Below are positions 18,415 through 28,161 of a stretch of 64,000 nt of DNA, one piece after another. The stretch spans positions 8,345 through 72,344 of IMG/VR virus record IMGVR_UViG_3300048592_000564; one strand, given 5' to 3'. This stretch comes from a virus. Positions within the stretch are counted from its first letter, which is position 1; every line of letters starts with the position of its first letter. The translations under genes were made by a program, and so were the position numbers. The notes below the pieces were generated by a model. It did no database searches. It was not told where the DNA came from and saw only the letters and a list, made by a program, of their open reading frames with translations.

Positions 18415-19256
18415 CGGCCATCCGGGTCAACCTGATCGGACAACTGGGAAACCAATTGTGCATCCATGTCTTCGCCAAGGTACTGGCAGTCAGGACCGGC
18501 CTTTGCTACCGCGCGCCGCGTTGCTTCCTGGACAAGCAGGGCCGCCCGCTCCAGTGGACCGGCGACCCGCTGTTCACCATGACACCCTCGCCAGGCCGAT
18601 CGGCCGGCGACCGGCGGCCCGTCAATCTCCGCTGCGGCCACTGGGTGGACGTGCCCGCACTCGAACACGCGACCCGGATCACGCTGAGTTGCGGCTACTA
18701 CCAGCGTTACGAGTATTTTCGCCCCTACGTGGACCAGATCAGGAACGAGTGGCTGAAGCTCCAGCGGCCGTTCCTGGAAACCGACCCCGCGGCGGTGTAC
18801 TGCCACGTTCGAAGACGTGATTACGTCCCGACCGCCCAGCGGCCCGTCACGCAACAGCAACAGCCGCTCGCCGCCACGCTGGACGAGTACGCGGCCTGCC
18901 TGCGGCACTTCCCGGACGCCCGACGACTCGTGGTCTGCACCGACGATCCCCGGGACCCGTGGCTCTACGAACTAAACCGCCTGGGGATCCCGGTGACGAT
19001 CAATGGCGGGACGTGGGACCACGACCTACTGACGCTCATGAGCGCCGAGAACCTGTTGATCTGCCAATCGACCTACAGCTGGTGGGCAGGCTTCCTGGGA
19101 CGCGCCCAGCGGATCGTCTGCCCGGTGTTTCCAGGGACGCACTGGCGGCTTGGACTGGATGGCGGACTCACGGGACCGCCCCGCAATGGCGACTACCCGT
19201 CGCTCTGTGTTGATGATGACCCCCGGTGGATTTGGGAACAAGGAGAGCAAGGATGA
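18411..19256 (+). CDS. GT11 alpha-1,2-fucosyltransferase-like protein
   Basis: GQLGNQ, GYYQ, HVRRRDY, TDD, STYSWWAGFL. Confidence 0.85.
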   Translation: MTAIRVNLIGQLGNQLCIHVFAKVLAVRTGLCYRAPRCFLDKQGRPLQWTGDPLFTMTPSPGRSAGDRRPVNLRCGHWVDVPALEHATRITLSCGYYQRYEYFRPYVDQIRNEWLKLQRPFLETDPAAVYCHVRRRDYVPTAQRPVTQQQQPLAATLDEYAACLRHFPDARRLVVCTDDPRDPWLYELNRLGIPVTINGGTWDHDLLTLMSAENLLICQSTYSWWAGFLGRAQRIVCPVFPGTHWRLGLDGGLTGPPRNGDYPSLCVDDDPRWIWEQGEQG

Positions 19257-20563
19257 TCGTAACGGTCGTGGGTACGGGAAAACTTGGTTCGTCGATGGCG
19301 GCCCTATTCGCCGCCGCGGGCCATACCGTCTATTGCGTGGACCGCAACCAGGAGTTCCTGGACGCGATCCGGGACCGGCGAGCACCCGTGCAAGAGCCGG
19401 GGCTCCAGGAGTTGATCGACCAGCATGGCGACCGGATGTTGCCAGTGGGGGTCGACCAGTGCCACGAGGCGGTGAGGCGAAGCGAATTCGTGTTTATCAT
19501 TGTCCCGACGCCCTCGACCGCGCGGGGCGACTTCTCGAACGAGTTTATCCTGGACGCCCTGGAGCCGATCAAGCAGGCGATCGTGGACGGCGCGCGGCCC
19601 CATATCGTGGTGACTTGTACCACCAGCCCCGGGGCATGCGAGAACGTCCTGATCCCGTCCCTGCAGGAGACCGGATGTTGCCCCGGGGTGGACTTCGGTT
19701 TCAGTTACAACCCGGAGTTTATTGCGCTCGGGAGCGTGATTCGGGACATGCGAAACCCGGACTTTATCCTGATTGGCTCAGTGTTGGTGCGCTGGGCCGA
19801 CCACCTCAGGCAGTTTTACGAAGAACTTCACCGAGACCTCGGTGACCCGCAGCCGACTGTCGCGAAGATGAGCCTCGTGAACGCCGAGATCACGAAACTG
19901 GCGGTCAATTGCTTTTGCACGATGAAGATCAGTTACGCGAACCAACTCGCGCGGCTCTGCGAGGCCATCCCGGGCGCCGACGCCAAAACGGTCACCGACG
20001 CCCTGGGGCTCGACGCGCGAATCGGCCGAAAGTACCTCGCCCCTGCGTCGATTTTCGGCGGCCCATGCTTCCCCCGTGACGGCCGCGCGTTCGAGCACGC
20101 CTGCCGAGCGACATCCACCACCGGATCGCCACTCGTCGAAGCCACGCAAGACATCAATCAGATGGTCGTCAATCACTTCGTGGACCTGATTGACCGCGGA
20201 ACACCAGACCGGCTCGCGATCTTGGGCCTGAGCTACAAGCCCGATACCCCGATGACCGACGAATCGCTCGCGACCCAGCTCATTCCCAGCTATGCGGGCC
20301 ACTTGACGGAGAACATTCGGCTTCACGACCCAATGGCCAAGATTCACGCCGCGCACTGCCGGCAATTCGAGAGTGCCCAGGAGGCCGTCCAGGACGCCGA
20401 CGTGGTCGTGATCGCGACCGCGTGGCCCGAGTACCGAGAACTCAAGCCCGAGTGGTTCAAGCGGTCCTGTCTGATCCTGGACCTCTGGAACGTGCTCGAC
20501 CCCGAGGCGTTTCGCAACCACAACCGTTATGTGCCCGGACGAGGACCCGCATGCAACGCTTGA
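19253..20563 (+). CDS. UDP-glucose/GDP-mannose dehydrogenase family protein
   Basis: GTGKLG, VPTP, NPEF, AEITKLAVN, FGGPCFPRD, LGLSYKPDT. Confidence 0.93.
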   Translation: MIVTVVGTGKLGSSMAALFAAAGHTVYCVDRNQEFLDAIRDRRAPVQEPGLQELIDQHGDRMLPVGVDQCHEAVRRSEFVFIIVPTPSTARGDFSNEFILDALEPIKQAIVDGARPHIVVTCTTSPGACENVLIPSLQETGCCPGVDFGFSYNPEFIALGSVIRDMRNPDFILIGSVLVRWADHLRQFYEELHRDLGDPQPTVAKMSLVNAEITKLAVNCFCTMKISYANQLARLCEAIPGADAKTVTDALGLDARIGRKYLAPASIFGGPCFPRDGRAFEHACRATSTTGSPLVEATQDINQMVVNHFVDLIDRGTPDRLAILGLSYKPDTPMTDESLATQLIPSYAGHLTENIRLHDPMAKIHAAHCRQFESAQEAVQDADVVVIATAWPEYRELKPEWFKRSCLILDLWNVLDPEAFRNHNRYVPGRGPACNA

Positions 20564-21546
20564 TCACGATGTCGACCTTGGGCCAGATCGCCCAAGCGGG
20601 TAATCACTTGGCCCAGTACGCGTTTCTCCGCTGGTACGCGCACCTCCACGGCGCCGAGTACCAGTGTCCACGCTGGGTCGGCCAGTATCTCTTTGGCTTC
20701 CAGGACCCGCCCGTGACCGTGAAGCTGCCCCAGGTCGAGGAACGGGTCGGCCCCGCGCCGCCCGGCCGGATCGGGATTCCGATTCCGCCCGTGGGCGACG
20801 AGTGGATCGGCCACGACTGGAAAGGCTACGGGCAATTCGACACCGCGTGGTACCAGCCCGGCCGAGAATTCATCCAGGGTCTCTACCGCGAACCCGCCGA
20901 GCCCCAGCGGTCCCGCGTGCTGCCGTTGGTCGACAAACTTCGCCAGCGAGGCAAGACCCTGATCGGGCTACACCTTCGAAGGGGCGACAGCGGCCGGGTA
21001 ATCTACCCATTTACGCCGATCGAGTGGTGCCTCCGCTGGCTCCACGACAACTGGCAACGCTTCGACGACCCCGTGCTCTATTGCTCGACCGAGCAGGCCA
21101 GTCTCGCGAGTTGGTTCTGTCACTACAACCCCGTGGTGGCCGAGGACCTTGGGATCACGTTCAAGGCGGAACCCTATCCCGGCTACCACTACCCGTTCCC
21201 GATCGAGCCCCGGAAGGCCCGGCAACTCGACTTCTTCCCCGATTGGGCGATCCTTCAGAGGTGCGATGTCCTGCTGGCCAGCGATTCAAGTTTCAGCATG
21301 ACGGCCGCCTGGACCAGCACTACACTGCGGGAGTGCTGGAGGATGAAACTCAGCCTCCGGGACTTCGAGCGCACTGATCCGTGGGACATGCACTTTTGCA
21401 ACCGCGAGCACCTGGACGACTACCCCGGCATCCCCGGGACGGCGATTGATTCCAACCCCGGATTCGGCTGGGAAGGATTCCGACCCAAGCACAAGGCCGT
21501 GCCCGAGGACCCCACGACGTTCCAACCTTACTTGAGGCCCCGATGA
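20551..21546 (+). CDS. Second, divergent GT11-like glycosyltransferase
   Basis: GNHLAQY, GYGQ, IGLHLRRGD, SSFSMTAAW. Confidence 0.75.
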   Translation: MQRLITMSTLGQIAQAGNHLAQYAFLRWYAHLHGAEYQCPRWVGQYLFGFQDPPVTVKLPQVEERVGPAPPGRIGIPIPPVGDEWIGHDWKGYGQFDTAWYQPGREFIQGLYREPAEPQRSRVLPLVDKLRQRGKTLIGLHLRRGDSGRVIYPFTPIEWCLRWLHDNWQRFDDPVLYCSTEQASLASWFCHYNPVVAEDLGITFKAEPYPGYHYPFPIEPRKARQLDFFPDWAILQRCDVLLASDSSFSMTAAWTSTTLRECWRMKLSLRDFERTDPWDMHFCNREHLDDYPGIPGTAIDSNPGFGWEGFRPKHKAVPEDPTTFQPYLRPR

Positions 21547-21719
21547 GCGAAGCACAGCGAATTTATCTCACGATCTACATGGGAGCAATCAGTGGATGGC
21601 TGGCCAATAAGTGGGCCAACCAAGGCGACCAAACAGCCGAGATGGCGCACAAAATCGCGGACGAGGTCGCAAAGCGCGGCACCATCGCGGTCGTGGACAT
21701 CGCAAAGGACGACGAATGA
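21543..21719 (+). CDS. Small hypothetical protein (58 aa, not in the ORF track)
   Basis: ATGA overlaps at both ends. Begins MSEAQRIYLTIYMG. Confidence 0.5.
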   Translation: MSEAQRIYLTIYMGAISGWLANKWANQGDQTAEMAHKIADEVAKRGTIAVVDIAKDDE

Positions 21720-22420
21720 TCACCGTCCTGATGGCCGCCAAGACCTCCGCCGAGTATATGCCCAACGCGATCGGGTCCCTGTTGGGCCAGACCTTCCAGG
21801 ACTGGCACCTCGTGATCGGGGTCAACGGCATCCCGGACCAACCGGCCGTCGCCAATCAAGCGTGGAGCACCGGCGAGCGCAGCATCCCGAACGACGTCTA
21901 CGAGATGGCGTGGCTCTACACGCGGCCGTTTTACTCGCGCGTGACCCTCATGAACATGCCGGACGCGCGCAATAAAGGCGAGGCCCTGAATCGCATGATG
22001 GAGCACGCCCAGGGCGAGTACGTCGCGATCCTGGACGTCGACGACCTCTGGCACCCGAGGAAACTGGAACTCCAACTCGAAACCGCCCGCCAGACCGGCG
22101 CGGACGTGATCGGGACCAGGGGGATGTATTTCGGGGCCGCGCGCGGCTCAATCGGGGTTCCGGCAGGGCCGGTGACGCTCGACTACCTGCGGCGGCAGAA
22201 CGGGATCTTGAATTCGTCCGCGCTGATCCGCCGCGAATTCGCCTGCTGGGAACCGATGGACGAACCCCTGGAGGATTACGAGCTTTGGCTCCGGCTCGCC
22301 AGCACGGGCCACCGGCTCCACAACGACTCCGACTACCTGACCTTCATCCGCTGCCACGCGGCCCAGTGGTCCCACGGAAATTGGCACATCGAAGAATTGA
22401 GGAAACGCTATGGCGGCTAA
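21716..22420 (+). CDS. GT2 glycosyltransferase
   Basis: SLLGQTFQDW, GEYVAILDVDDLW, EDYELWLR. Confidence 0.9.
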   Translation: MITVLMAAKTSAEYMPNAIGSLLGQTFQDWHLVIGVNGIPDQPAVANQAWSTGERSIPNDVYEMAWLYTRPFYSRVTLMNMPDARNKGEALNRMMEHAQGEYVAILDVDDLWHPRKLELQLETARQTGADVIGTRGMYFGAARGSIGVPAGPVTLDYLRRQNGILNSSALIRREFACWEPMDEPLEDYELWLRLASTGHRLHNDSDYLTFIRCHAAQWSHGNWHIEELRKRYGG

Positions 22421-23909
22421 CAAACGAGTTGCGCTCTGCTGTTTTGCGACCGGACGCTACAAGGAATTCCTTCCCGATCTGGCCCGCACCGCGAGGGAGC
22501 ACTTCGACCCCGGGGACACGCTCGACCTCGTGGGCTTCGTGGACAACGATCAAACGCCCGCCGGATTCGACCGCGTGTTCCAGATCCCGCACCTCCGCTG
22601 GCCCTACGGGACCCTCTACCGCTACCGCTGGCTGGCCGAGCGCGAGAAGGAACTCTCACAGTACGACTACCTGTTTATGTGCGATGTCGACATGCGGTTC
22701 GTCGGCCCGGTCGGGCCCGAGATCCTGGGCGGGCTCGTGGGGGTCCTGCATGCCGGGCACCTGAAGAAAAACCCCCAGGCGCTGCCCTACTGCCGCCACA
22801 AGGGTTCGACCGCGAGGGTGCGGCCCGGACTGGGCACCCGCTACTACGCGGGCGGGTTCCAGGGCGGGGCCGCGCGCCAGTACCTCAAGGCCTGCCGGCA
22901 CATCGCGGACAACATCACGCAGGACGAGCGACACCACTACATCGCGGACTGGCACGACGAGTCCCACTGGAACGCCTATCTGGTCAGCCGCCCGCCCGCG
23001 GTCTCGCTTTCGCCGCAATACTGCTGGGGTGAACCGGACGGCTGCCCACCAGGCACCAAGATTCTCGCGCTCGCGAAGGACCACGCGGCGTTCCGGAGTG
23101 ACGGGGCCGACCCGGCGTCCATCGCGCCCGTCACGGCACCGCCCGAACCCCCGGCCCCCGTGCCCGCCACGGCGCCCCAGAGCCGCCAGGACGTGAAGGA
23201 ACTGGTCCGGGCGGTCCAACGGTCCAACCTGCGGCCCGACGCACAGGCAAGCCTCCAGGGCCTGCTGGGTCAGCTCGACCGGGTACTCGACCGCGCGGCC
23301 CCGCGGGTCATGCACGCCGGCCCGCAGGGAGATCTTGCGGCGGTCCTGCGCGAACTCCTGCCACGCGACCCCGTGGTCTACGTGGACGTCGGGGCCTCGG
23401 AGCCGGTCGATTGCTCCAACACCCACCCGTTCTATCTCGCGGGCGGGCACGGGCTCTTGATCGAACCCCGGCCCAGCTGCTGGTACGCGATCCTGCTCCA
23501 ACGGCCGCGCGATCGCCTCTACCCGAAGGCGGTCGCGGCCCAGGAGGGCTGGGCCGACATGAAGCTCTGCGATGCCTGCTCGTCGCTCGACCAGACCTGG
23601 ACGAACGAAAAACGGGGCGAACTGCTGGTCCAGACCGAGCCCCTGGGTACCATTCTGCATCGCTTCCCCGAGATCCGAGACGCCTGCCAGTTGGTCTCGA
23701 TCGACACCGAGGGGACCGAGGAAGCGGTCATCGGGTCCGTGGACTGGACCACATTCCGCCCCCAGGTCGCGGTCGTCGAGCATGCGTCATTCCAGCGACC
23801 CGAGGAATCCGAGCACCGCGCGGACGCGATCCTGGGGCTCATGCGTGAAAGAGGCTACCGGGTCGTCCACCGGGACGCCATCAACCTAGTGTTCAAGAGG
23901 ATACCATGA
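22410..23909 (+). CDS. GT6 (ABO-like alpha-1,3-GalNAc/Gal transferase) fused to an FkbM methyltransferase
   Basis: ATGRY, YDYLFMCDVD, YYAGGFQGG, WHDESHWN, LSPQYCW, KDH. C-terminal YVDVGA...LIEP...SIDTEGTE. Confidence 0.9.
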   Translation: MAANKRVALCCFATGRYKEFLPDLARTAREHFDPGDTLDLVGFVDNDQTPAGFDRVFQIPHLRWPYGTLYRYRWLAEREKELSQYDYLFMCDVDMRFVGPVGPEILGGLVGVLHAGHLKKNPQALPYCRHKGSTARVRPGLGTRYYAGGFQGGAARQYLKACRHIADNITQDERHHYIADWHDESHWNAYLVSRPPAVSLSPQYCWGEPDGCPPGTKILALAKDHAAFRSDGADPASIAPVTAPPEPPAPVPATAPQSRQDVKELVRAVQRSNLRPDAQASLQGLLGQLDRVLDRAAPRVMHAGPQGDLAAVLRELLPRDPVVYVDVGASEPVDCSNTHPFYLAGGHGLLIEPRPSCWYAILLQRPRDRLYPKAVAAQEGWADMKLCDACSSLDQTWTNEKRGELLVQTEPLGTILHRFPEIRDACQLVSIDTEGTEEAVIGSVDWTTFRPQVAVVEHASFQRPEESEHRADAILGLMRERGYRVVHRDAINLVFKRIP

Positions 23910-24466
23910 TTCTGGAAAGCAATCTCCCCCGCTGGCTCGTCCGCGCCTTGTCGGTGCGGTTTGGCATCCGGCAATTCGTCGAAACCGGGACCCTGGAGGG
24001 CCACACGGCCGCACTGGTGGCCGAGGTCATCCCCGTGGTCCACACGATCGAGATCAGCCGCTCGATGTACGACCGGGCTACGAGTGAATGCCGCAAGAAC
24101 CCTCGGATCACCCGGCACCTCGGGAGTTCGGTGGACGTCATTCCTCAGCTTCTACCCAGCCTTGCCGGCCCGACGCTCTGGTACCTGGACGGGCACTGGT
24201 CCGGCATGGGGCCGAAACTCGGGATCGAGTGCCCGGTCCTGCAGGAACTGGCGCTCATCCAGGACAGGCCGCAGGACGTGATCGTGATCGACGACGCCCG
24301 GCTGTTCGACGCCCCGCCCTCGCCCCCGCATGATCCCGCCCAGTGGCCCAGCACTGCCGAGGTCGTGGCCGCCGCAAGGGCGCCGGGACGACACGTCGCC
24401 CGATTCCTCGACAGCATCGTGGCCAGCCCCACGCCGCTCTTTGCCGCCTTCCAGGAGACCCATTGA
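23906..24466 (+). CDS. Class I SAM methyltransferase-like protein
   Basis: FVETGTLEG, TIEIS, YLDGHWSG, VIDDARLF. Confidence 0.75.
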   Translation: MILESNLPRWLVRALSVRFGIRQFVETGTLEGHTAALVAEVIPVVHTIEISRSMYDRATSECRKNPRITRHLGSSVDVIPQLLPSLAGPTLWYLDGHWSGMGPKLGIECPVLQELALIQDRPQDVIVIDDARLFDAPPSPPHDPAQWPSTAEVVAAARAPGRHVARFLDSIVASPTPLFAAFQETH

Positions 24467-25203
24467 TGCGTATCCAGGCATTTCTTCCCACATTAGGACG
24501 CCCGCACCTGATCGAAGAGGCAATCACGATGTTCTGCCTCCAGAGTTATCAGGACCGCGAGCTCTTGATCTACGACACCGCGAACCAGATGCCCGAGCAA
24601 CAGGGCGACCGCTGGCGGATCGTCCACCAGGGCGAGCATCCGTGGTCGATGGGCACGACCTGCAACGTCGGGATCAGGATGTCGGACGCCGAACTGGTGT
24701 GTCGCTGGGACGATGATGATATGTACGCCCCTTGGCACCTTGAAGCCATCGTGGAAGCCCTGCAGACGAAGCCCTGGGCCTGCCCGTACAGCGTCTGGGA
24801 CGCGCAATTCAACCTGGACCGCCCACTGCTCTGCCGGCCCTACCGGAAGACCACTGAGGATCTCGCCTACGCGGGCACCTGGGCATTCACCCGCGCGGCC
24901 TTCGAAGAAATCGGGGGCTACCGCGAAGATTGCTTCCGCGAAGAGGAATGCGAGTTCCGCACGAGGCTCCACAACCGCTACGGGCCGCCGGCGGATTCCA
25001 CGGCCGGCCGATTTCCAGCGACCAGCTACGTGTACGCGTGCAACCAGGACCGGGTTCCCCACTACGGCCAGATGACCGACGACCAGCGACGCGCCCACCA
25101 GCGGAAGGCGTGGCCCCGGTGCGACAAGATCGAACCGAAATGGCCCCGCCGCTACATGCTCGGGCTGGCGAATGACGGCAAAATCCATCCCCGGAAGTTC
25201 TGA
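24466..25203 (+). CDS. GT2 glycosyltransferase
   Basis: PTLGRP, QSY..ELLIYD, RWDDDD, IGGY. Confidence 0.85.
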   Translation: MRIQAFLPTLGRPHLIEEAITMFCLQSYQDRELLIYDTANQMPEQQGDRWRIVHQGEHPWSMGTTCNVGIRMSDAELVCRWDDDDMYAPWHLEAIVEALQTKPWACPYSVWDAQFNLDRPLLCRPYRKTTEDLAYAGTWAFTRAAFEEIGGYREDCFREEECEFRTRLHNRYGPPADSTAGRFPATSYVYACNQDRVPHYGQMTDDQRRAHQRKAWPRCDKIEPKWPRRYMLGLANDGKIHPRKF

Positions 25204-25204
25204 G

Positions 25205-25831
25205 ATGCCAATCCCTAATCAGGTCCGGAACGATAACAGCGACGGATTGCGAGAATCCGACGTGACACTCGTGGTCTTCGCCCCGCCCCGCAGCGGCAGC
25301 ACCTGGGTGGGACAAATCTGCGGTGACGTGCTGGGCCACGGGGTCGTGAACACCCACACGTGGCTGGACCTTCCTGGCGTGCCGGTCCTGGCCGTGATCC
25401 GGGACCCACGGGATTGCGTGATCTCCCACTGGCGATTCCGCTGGCCCCAGGAGGTCGAGCAGTACGGCACGATTCCCCGCGAGCGGGCCGTGAACCTCGC
25501 GGCGTTCTACGGCCAGGAGTTCCTGATCCTGGAACGGTGGAACCAAACCAACGAGCCCGTGGTGCTCCACTACGAAAAGCTCCGGCGCTGGCCCACGCTG
25601 GTGTTCGACGCCCTGGAGTCAATGCTTGGCCTGCCCACAAAGAAACGCGACCGACGCCGCATCCTGGCCGCCCGGTCGCTCCGGTCCAATCGCCGCGCCC
25701 TGGAGCCAGGCCACGTCCACGAGGGCCGGGTCGGGACTTGGAAGCAATTCGTCAACCAGGACTCGGCCCGGTTGCTCACTTGGTTGCTGGGGCCGATCTG
25801 CCGGCACTACGGATACAAGGAGGCGAGATGA
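25205..25831 (+). CDS. Sulfotransferase-domain protein
   Basis: PRSGSTW (5'-PSB loop), RDPRDCVIS (3'-PB), YEKL, GRVGTWK. Confidence 0.8.
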   Translation: MPIPNQVRNDNSDGLRESDVTLVVFAPPRSGSTWVGQICGDVLGHGVVNTHTWLDLPGVPVLAVIRDPRDCVISHWRFRWPQEVEQYGTIPRERAVNLAAFYGQEFLILERWNQTNEPVVLHYEKLRRWPTLVFDALESMLGLPTKKRDRRRILAARSLRSNRRALEPGHVHEGRVGTWKQFVNQDSARLLTWLLGPICRHYGYKEAR

Positions 25832-26496
25832 TTCCCAAGCAGGTTCCACTACGCGTTGACCTGGGGGGTGGGTGGCTTGACTGCGCAAGATTCTCCCGCC
25901 CCGGCGCCTACGTGGTGAACCTCGCGATCCAGCCGCTGGTCTCGCTGGACCACTGGCCCTACCGCCGTGGCAGCGGCCTCGGGGGATCGGCGGCCCACGC
26001 GATTTTGAATGGCCTGGACCCGTTCGCGTCCGAGGGCGCGCTCGGGGTCGGGTGGCAGGACCCGGCGGTGATCCTCGAAACTGGCCTTTGCGTTTGGCGC
26101 TCCGGCCCGGCGCCGGTCCTGGAACTGAAGCGCAACCCCGATTTTCTCGCCGGCCACTTGGGCCTGCTCTGGACCGGCCAGGACCACCACACACCCAGCA
26201 ACGTGGACCGGGAGCGTGATTACAACGTGATCGAGGACGCGGGCCACGAAGCAGCCGCGGGAGCGGCGCAGCGATGGTATCCAGGAATCCTGAAGGCCAT
26301 TCGCTGGAGCTACCAGGCTCAGAAACGCGAAGGCATGGACACCCTGCCGGGCATCCAGGAAGCCCTGGCGTGGAAGTATTGCGGGGGCGGCTGGGGCGGC
26401 TACGCGCTATACTGCTTCGCCACCAGGGAGCACCGGGACGCCAGTGGCCTGATCCCGATTGAACCGTACCTCCGACCCGCAGGTGAGCCGACATGA
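25828..26496 (+). CDS. Compact GHMP-family sugar kinase (fucokinase/HddA-like)
   Basis: PLRVDLGGGWLD, GSGLGGS, GWQD, KYCGGGWGGY. Confidence 0.75.
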   Translation: MIPKQVPLRVDLGGGWLDCARFSRPGAYVVNLAIQPLVSLDHWPYRRGSGLGGSAAHAILNGLDPFASEGALGVGWQDPAVILETGLCVWRSGPAPVLELKRNPDFLAGHLGLLWTGQDHHTPSNVDRERDYNVIEDAGHEAAAGAAQRWYPGILKAIRWSYQAQKREGMDTLPGIQEALAWKYCGGGWGGYALYCFATREHRDASGLIPIEPYLRPAGEPT

Positions 26497-26750
26497 CCAC
26501 GCCCAAGATCGACAGCCTGGAGGCAATGGAACGATTTATGGACGCCGTCCAGAAGGACTATCGGCTATTCGCCCATCCGGACACGATCCAGCAAATGAGC
26601 GACATGCCCGCCACCCGCGACTTTGCGTCCAGGTTTGAAGCGAATCGCCACCTCGAGCCCGGCGACCTGATCGCGATCGATCCCGCGGTCTGGACGTTTA
26701 CTAAGCCGCCACTTACCATCGCGCCAGGAGCCACCAATGGGCGTGTTTGA
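26493..26750 (+). CDS. Hypothetical protein
   Basis: ATGA-coupled, 85 aa. Confidence 0.5.
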   Translation: MTTPKIDSLEAMERFMDAVQKDYRLFAHPDTIQQMSDMPATRDFASRFEANRHLEPGDLIAIDPAVWTFTKPPLTIAPGATNGRV

Positions 26751-27099
26751 TTACGTGACCTGCCGCTACGAGCTCCCGCCTGAGTTCCCCCGGGACCTTG
26801 AATGGCAAAGCAAGAGCACCCCGGCCCAGTACCTGGACCACTACGAGATCCGCGAGGATGGGTCACTGTGGCACGAAACCTATGTCCATCGGGTCGAGAC
26901 TCAATCAGATGGCTATTTCAACGTGCAGATGTATCGCGACAACCCGGAGTGGAAACGCGAGGACTTCACTGGCGAGCTGGAGATCCACAGTAGCGACGAC
27001 CGGCACTGGTACACGGTCCAGTTCTGGTTCCGCGACGGCGTCGTGAAGGATTTTGTGGCCAACGCCACCCCGTTACACAAAAAGGAGTGTGTCACATGA
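26737..27099 (+). CDS. Hypothetical phage protein
   Basis: MGVFDYVTC...WQSK...F.DG pattern. AGGAG RBS. Confidence 0.65.
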   Translation: MGVFDYVTCRYELPPEFPRDLEWQSKSTPAQYLDHYEIREDGSLWHETYVHRVETQSDGYFNVQMYRDNPEWKREDFTGELEIHSSDDRHWYTVQFWFRDGVVKDFVANATPLHKKECVT

Positions 27100-28055
27100 A
27101 GGTACTGGTCACCGGAGCCGCAGGCTATATCGGGAGTGCCGTTTGCTGGAAACTCCTGGAACACGGCCACGAGGTCGTGGCGCTCGACAACCTCAAGTAC
27201 GGGACCGCCGACTCCGTGCCGCCCGGCGTGCCGCTGATCCGCCGCGACCTCGCGAGCCCCCAGGATCAACTCGCGATCGTGTACGCGCTAGAGAGCAACC
27301 AGATCGAGGCCGTGGCCCACCTCGCGGCCGAGAGCCTGATTCCCCTTTCGTTCGAGCAGCCCGAGCTATTCTGGCGGGTCAATGTCACCGGTGGGTTGAT
27401 GTTGCTCGACGCCATGCGGCGCGCGGGCGTGCGGCGAATCCTCTACAGTTCCACGAGCTCCGTCTATGCCGAGCACCAGCCGATGCCGCTCACGGAGCAG
27501 AGCCCGATCGGGCCCAGCAGTTGCTACGGTGCGTCGAAATATGCGTTCGAGGATGCCCTGCGGTGGATGCGTAATTTGTCGTGGGTGGCGTTCCGGTACT
27601 TCAATGTCTGCGGCGCGACCGAGCACGTAACGGAAAAGCCGTACCATAGAAGCCGTTTAGTTCCAGTGGCCCTGGACGTCGCCTATGGCCGAGTCCCAGG
27701 GCCAATGCCGCTCAATGGAATCGACTACCAGGAAACGCGGGACCACACATGCTTGCGTGATTACATTCACGTCGACGATATCGCTCAGGCTCACGTCGCG
27801 GCCCTGGAGCACCCCGGTGCCACGGGTGTGTTCAATCTCGGGATTGGACGAGGATACACCAATCGAGAAGTCATCGAGGCCGTTCGCCGAGTAGCAGGCA
27901 AGCCAGTTCCAGTCGTCGAAAAGCCGCGCCGCCCAGGAGACCCAGCCATGCTGGTTGCTGACGCTTCAAAGGCAGGCCGTGAACTGGACTGGGGCCCGGC
28001 CTACACCACCATTGAGCAAATGATTGAAACGTGCTGCAAATACGAACAGTTGTGA
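27096..28055 (+). CDS. galE: UDP-glucose 4-epimerase
   Basis: TGAAGYIGS, YGASK, RYFNVCGA, RDYIHVDD, RRPGDP. Confidence 0.93.
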   Translation: MKVLVTGAAGYIGSAVCWKLLEHGHEVVALDNLKYGTADSVPPGVPLIRRDLASPQDQLAIVYALESNQIEAVAHLAAESLIPLSFEQPELFWRVNVTGGLMLLDAMRRAGVRRILYSSTSSVYAEHQPMPLTEQSPIGPSSCYGASKYAFEDALRWMRNLSWVAFRYFNVCGATEHVTEKPYHRSRLVPVALDVAYGRVPGPMPLNGIDYQETRDHTCLRDYIHVDDIAQAHVAALEHPGATGVFNLGIGRGYTNREVIEAVRRVAGKPVPVVEKPRRPGDPAMLVADASKAGRELDWGPAYTTIEQMIETCCKYEQL

Positions 28056-28064
28056 TTTTGTCCA

Positions 28065-28161
28065 TTGAACTCGTGCTTTCAAAACGCTAAAATGCGAACG
28101 GCCCGAGCGTCGTTACCGCCCGAGCCGTTCTAACCACTTCAACCTGCAAGGAGGTTTCATC
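28065..28161 (+). promoter_or_regulatory. HNH cassette leader, copy 1 (promoter + hairpin + conserved tail + RBS)
   Basis: TTGAAC-17-TAAAAT, gc, GAACGGC...GCCGTTC, TAACCACTTCAAC, AAGGAGG. Confidence 0.75.
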
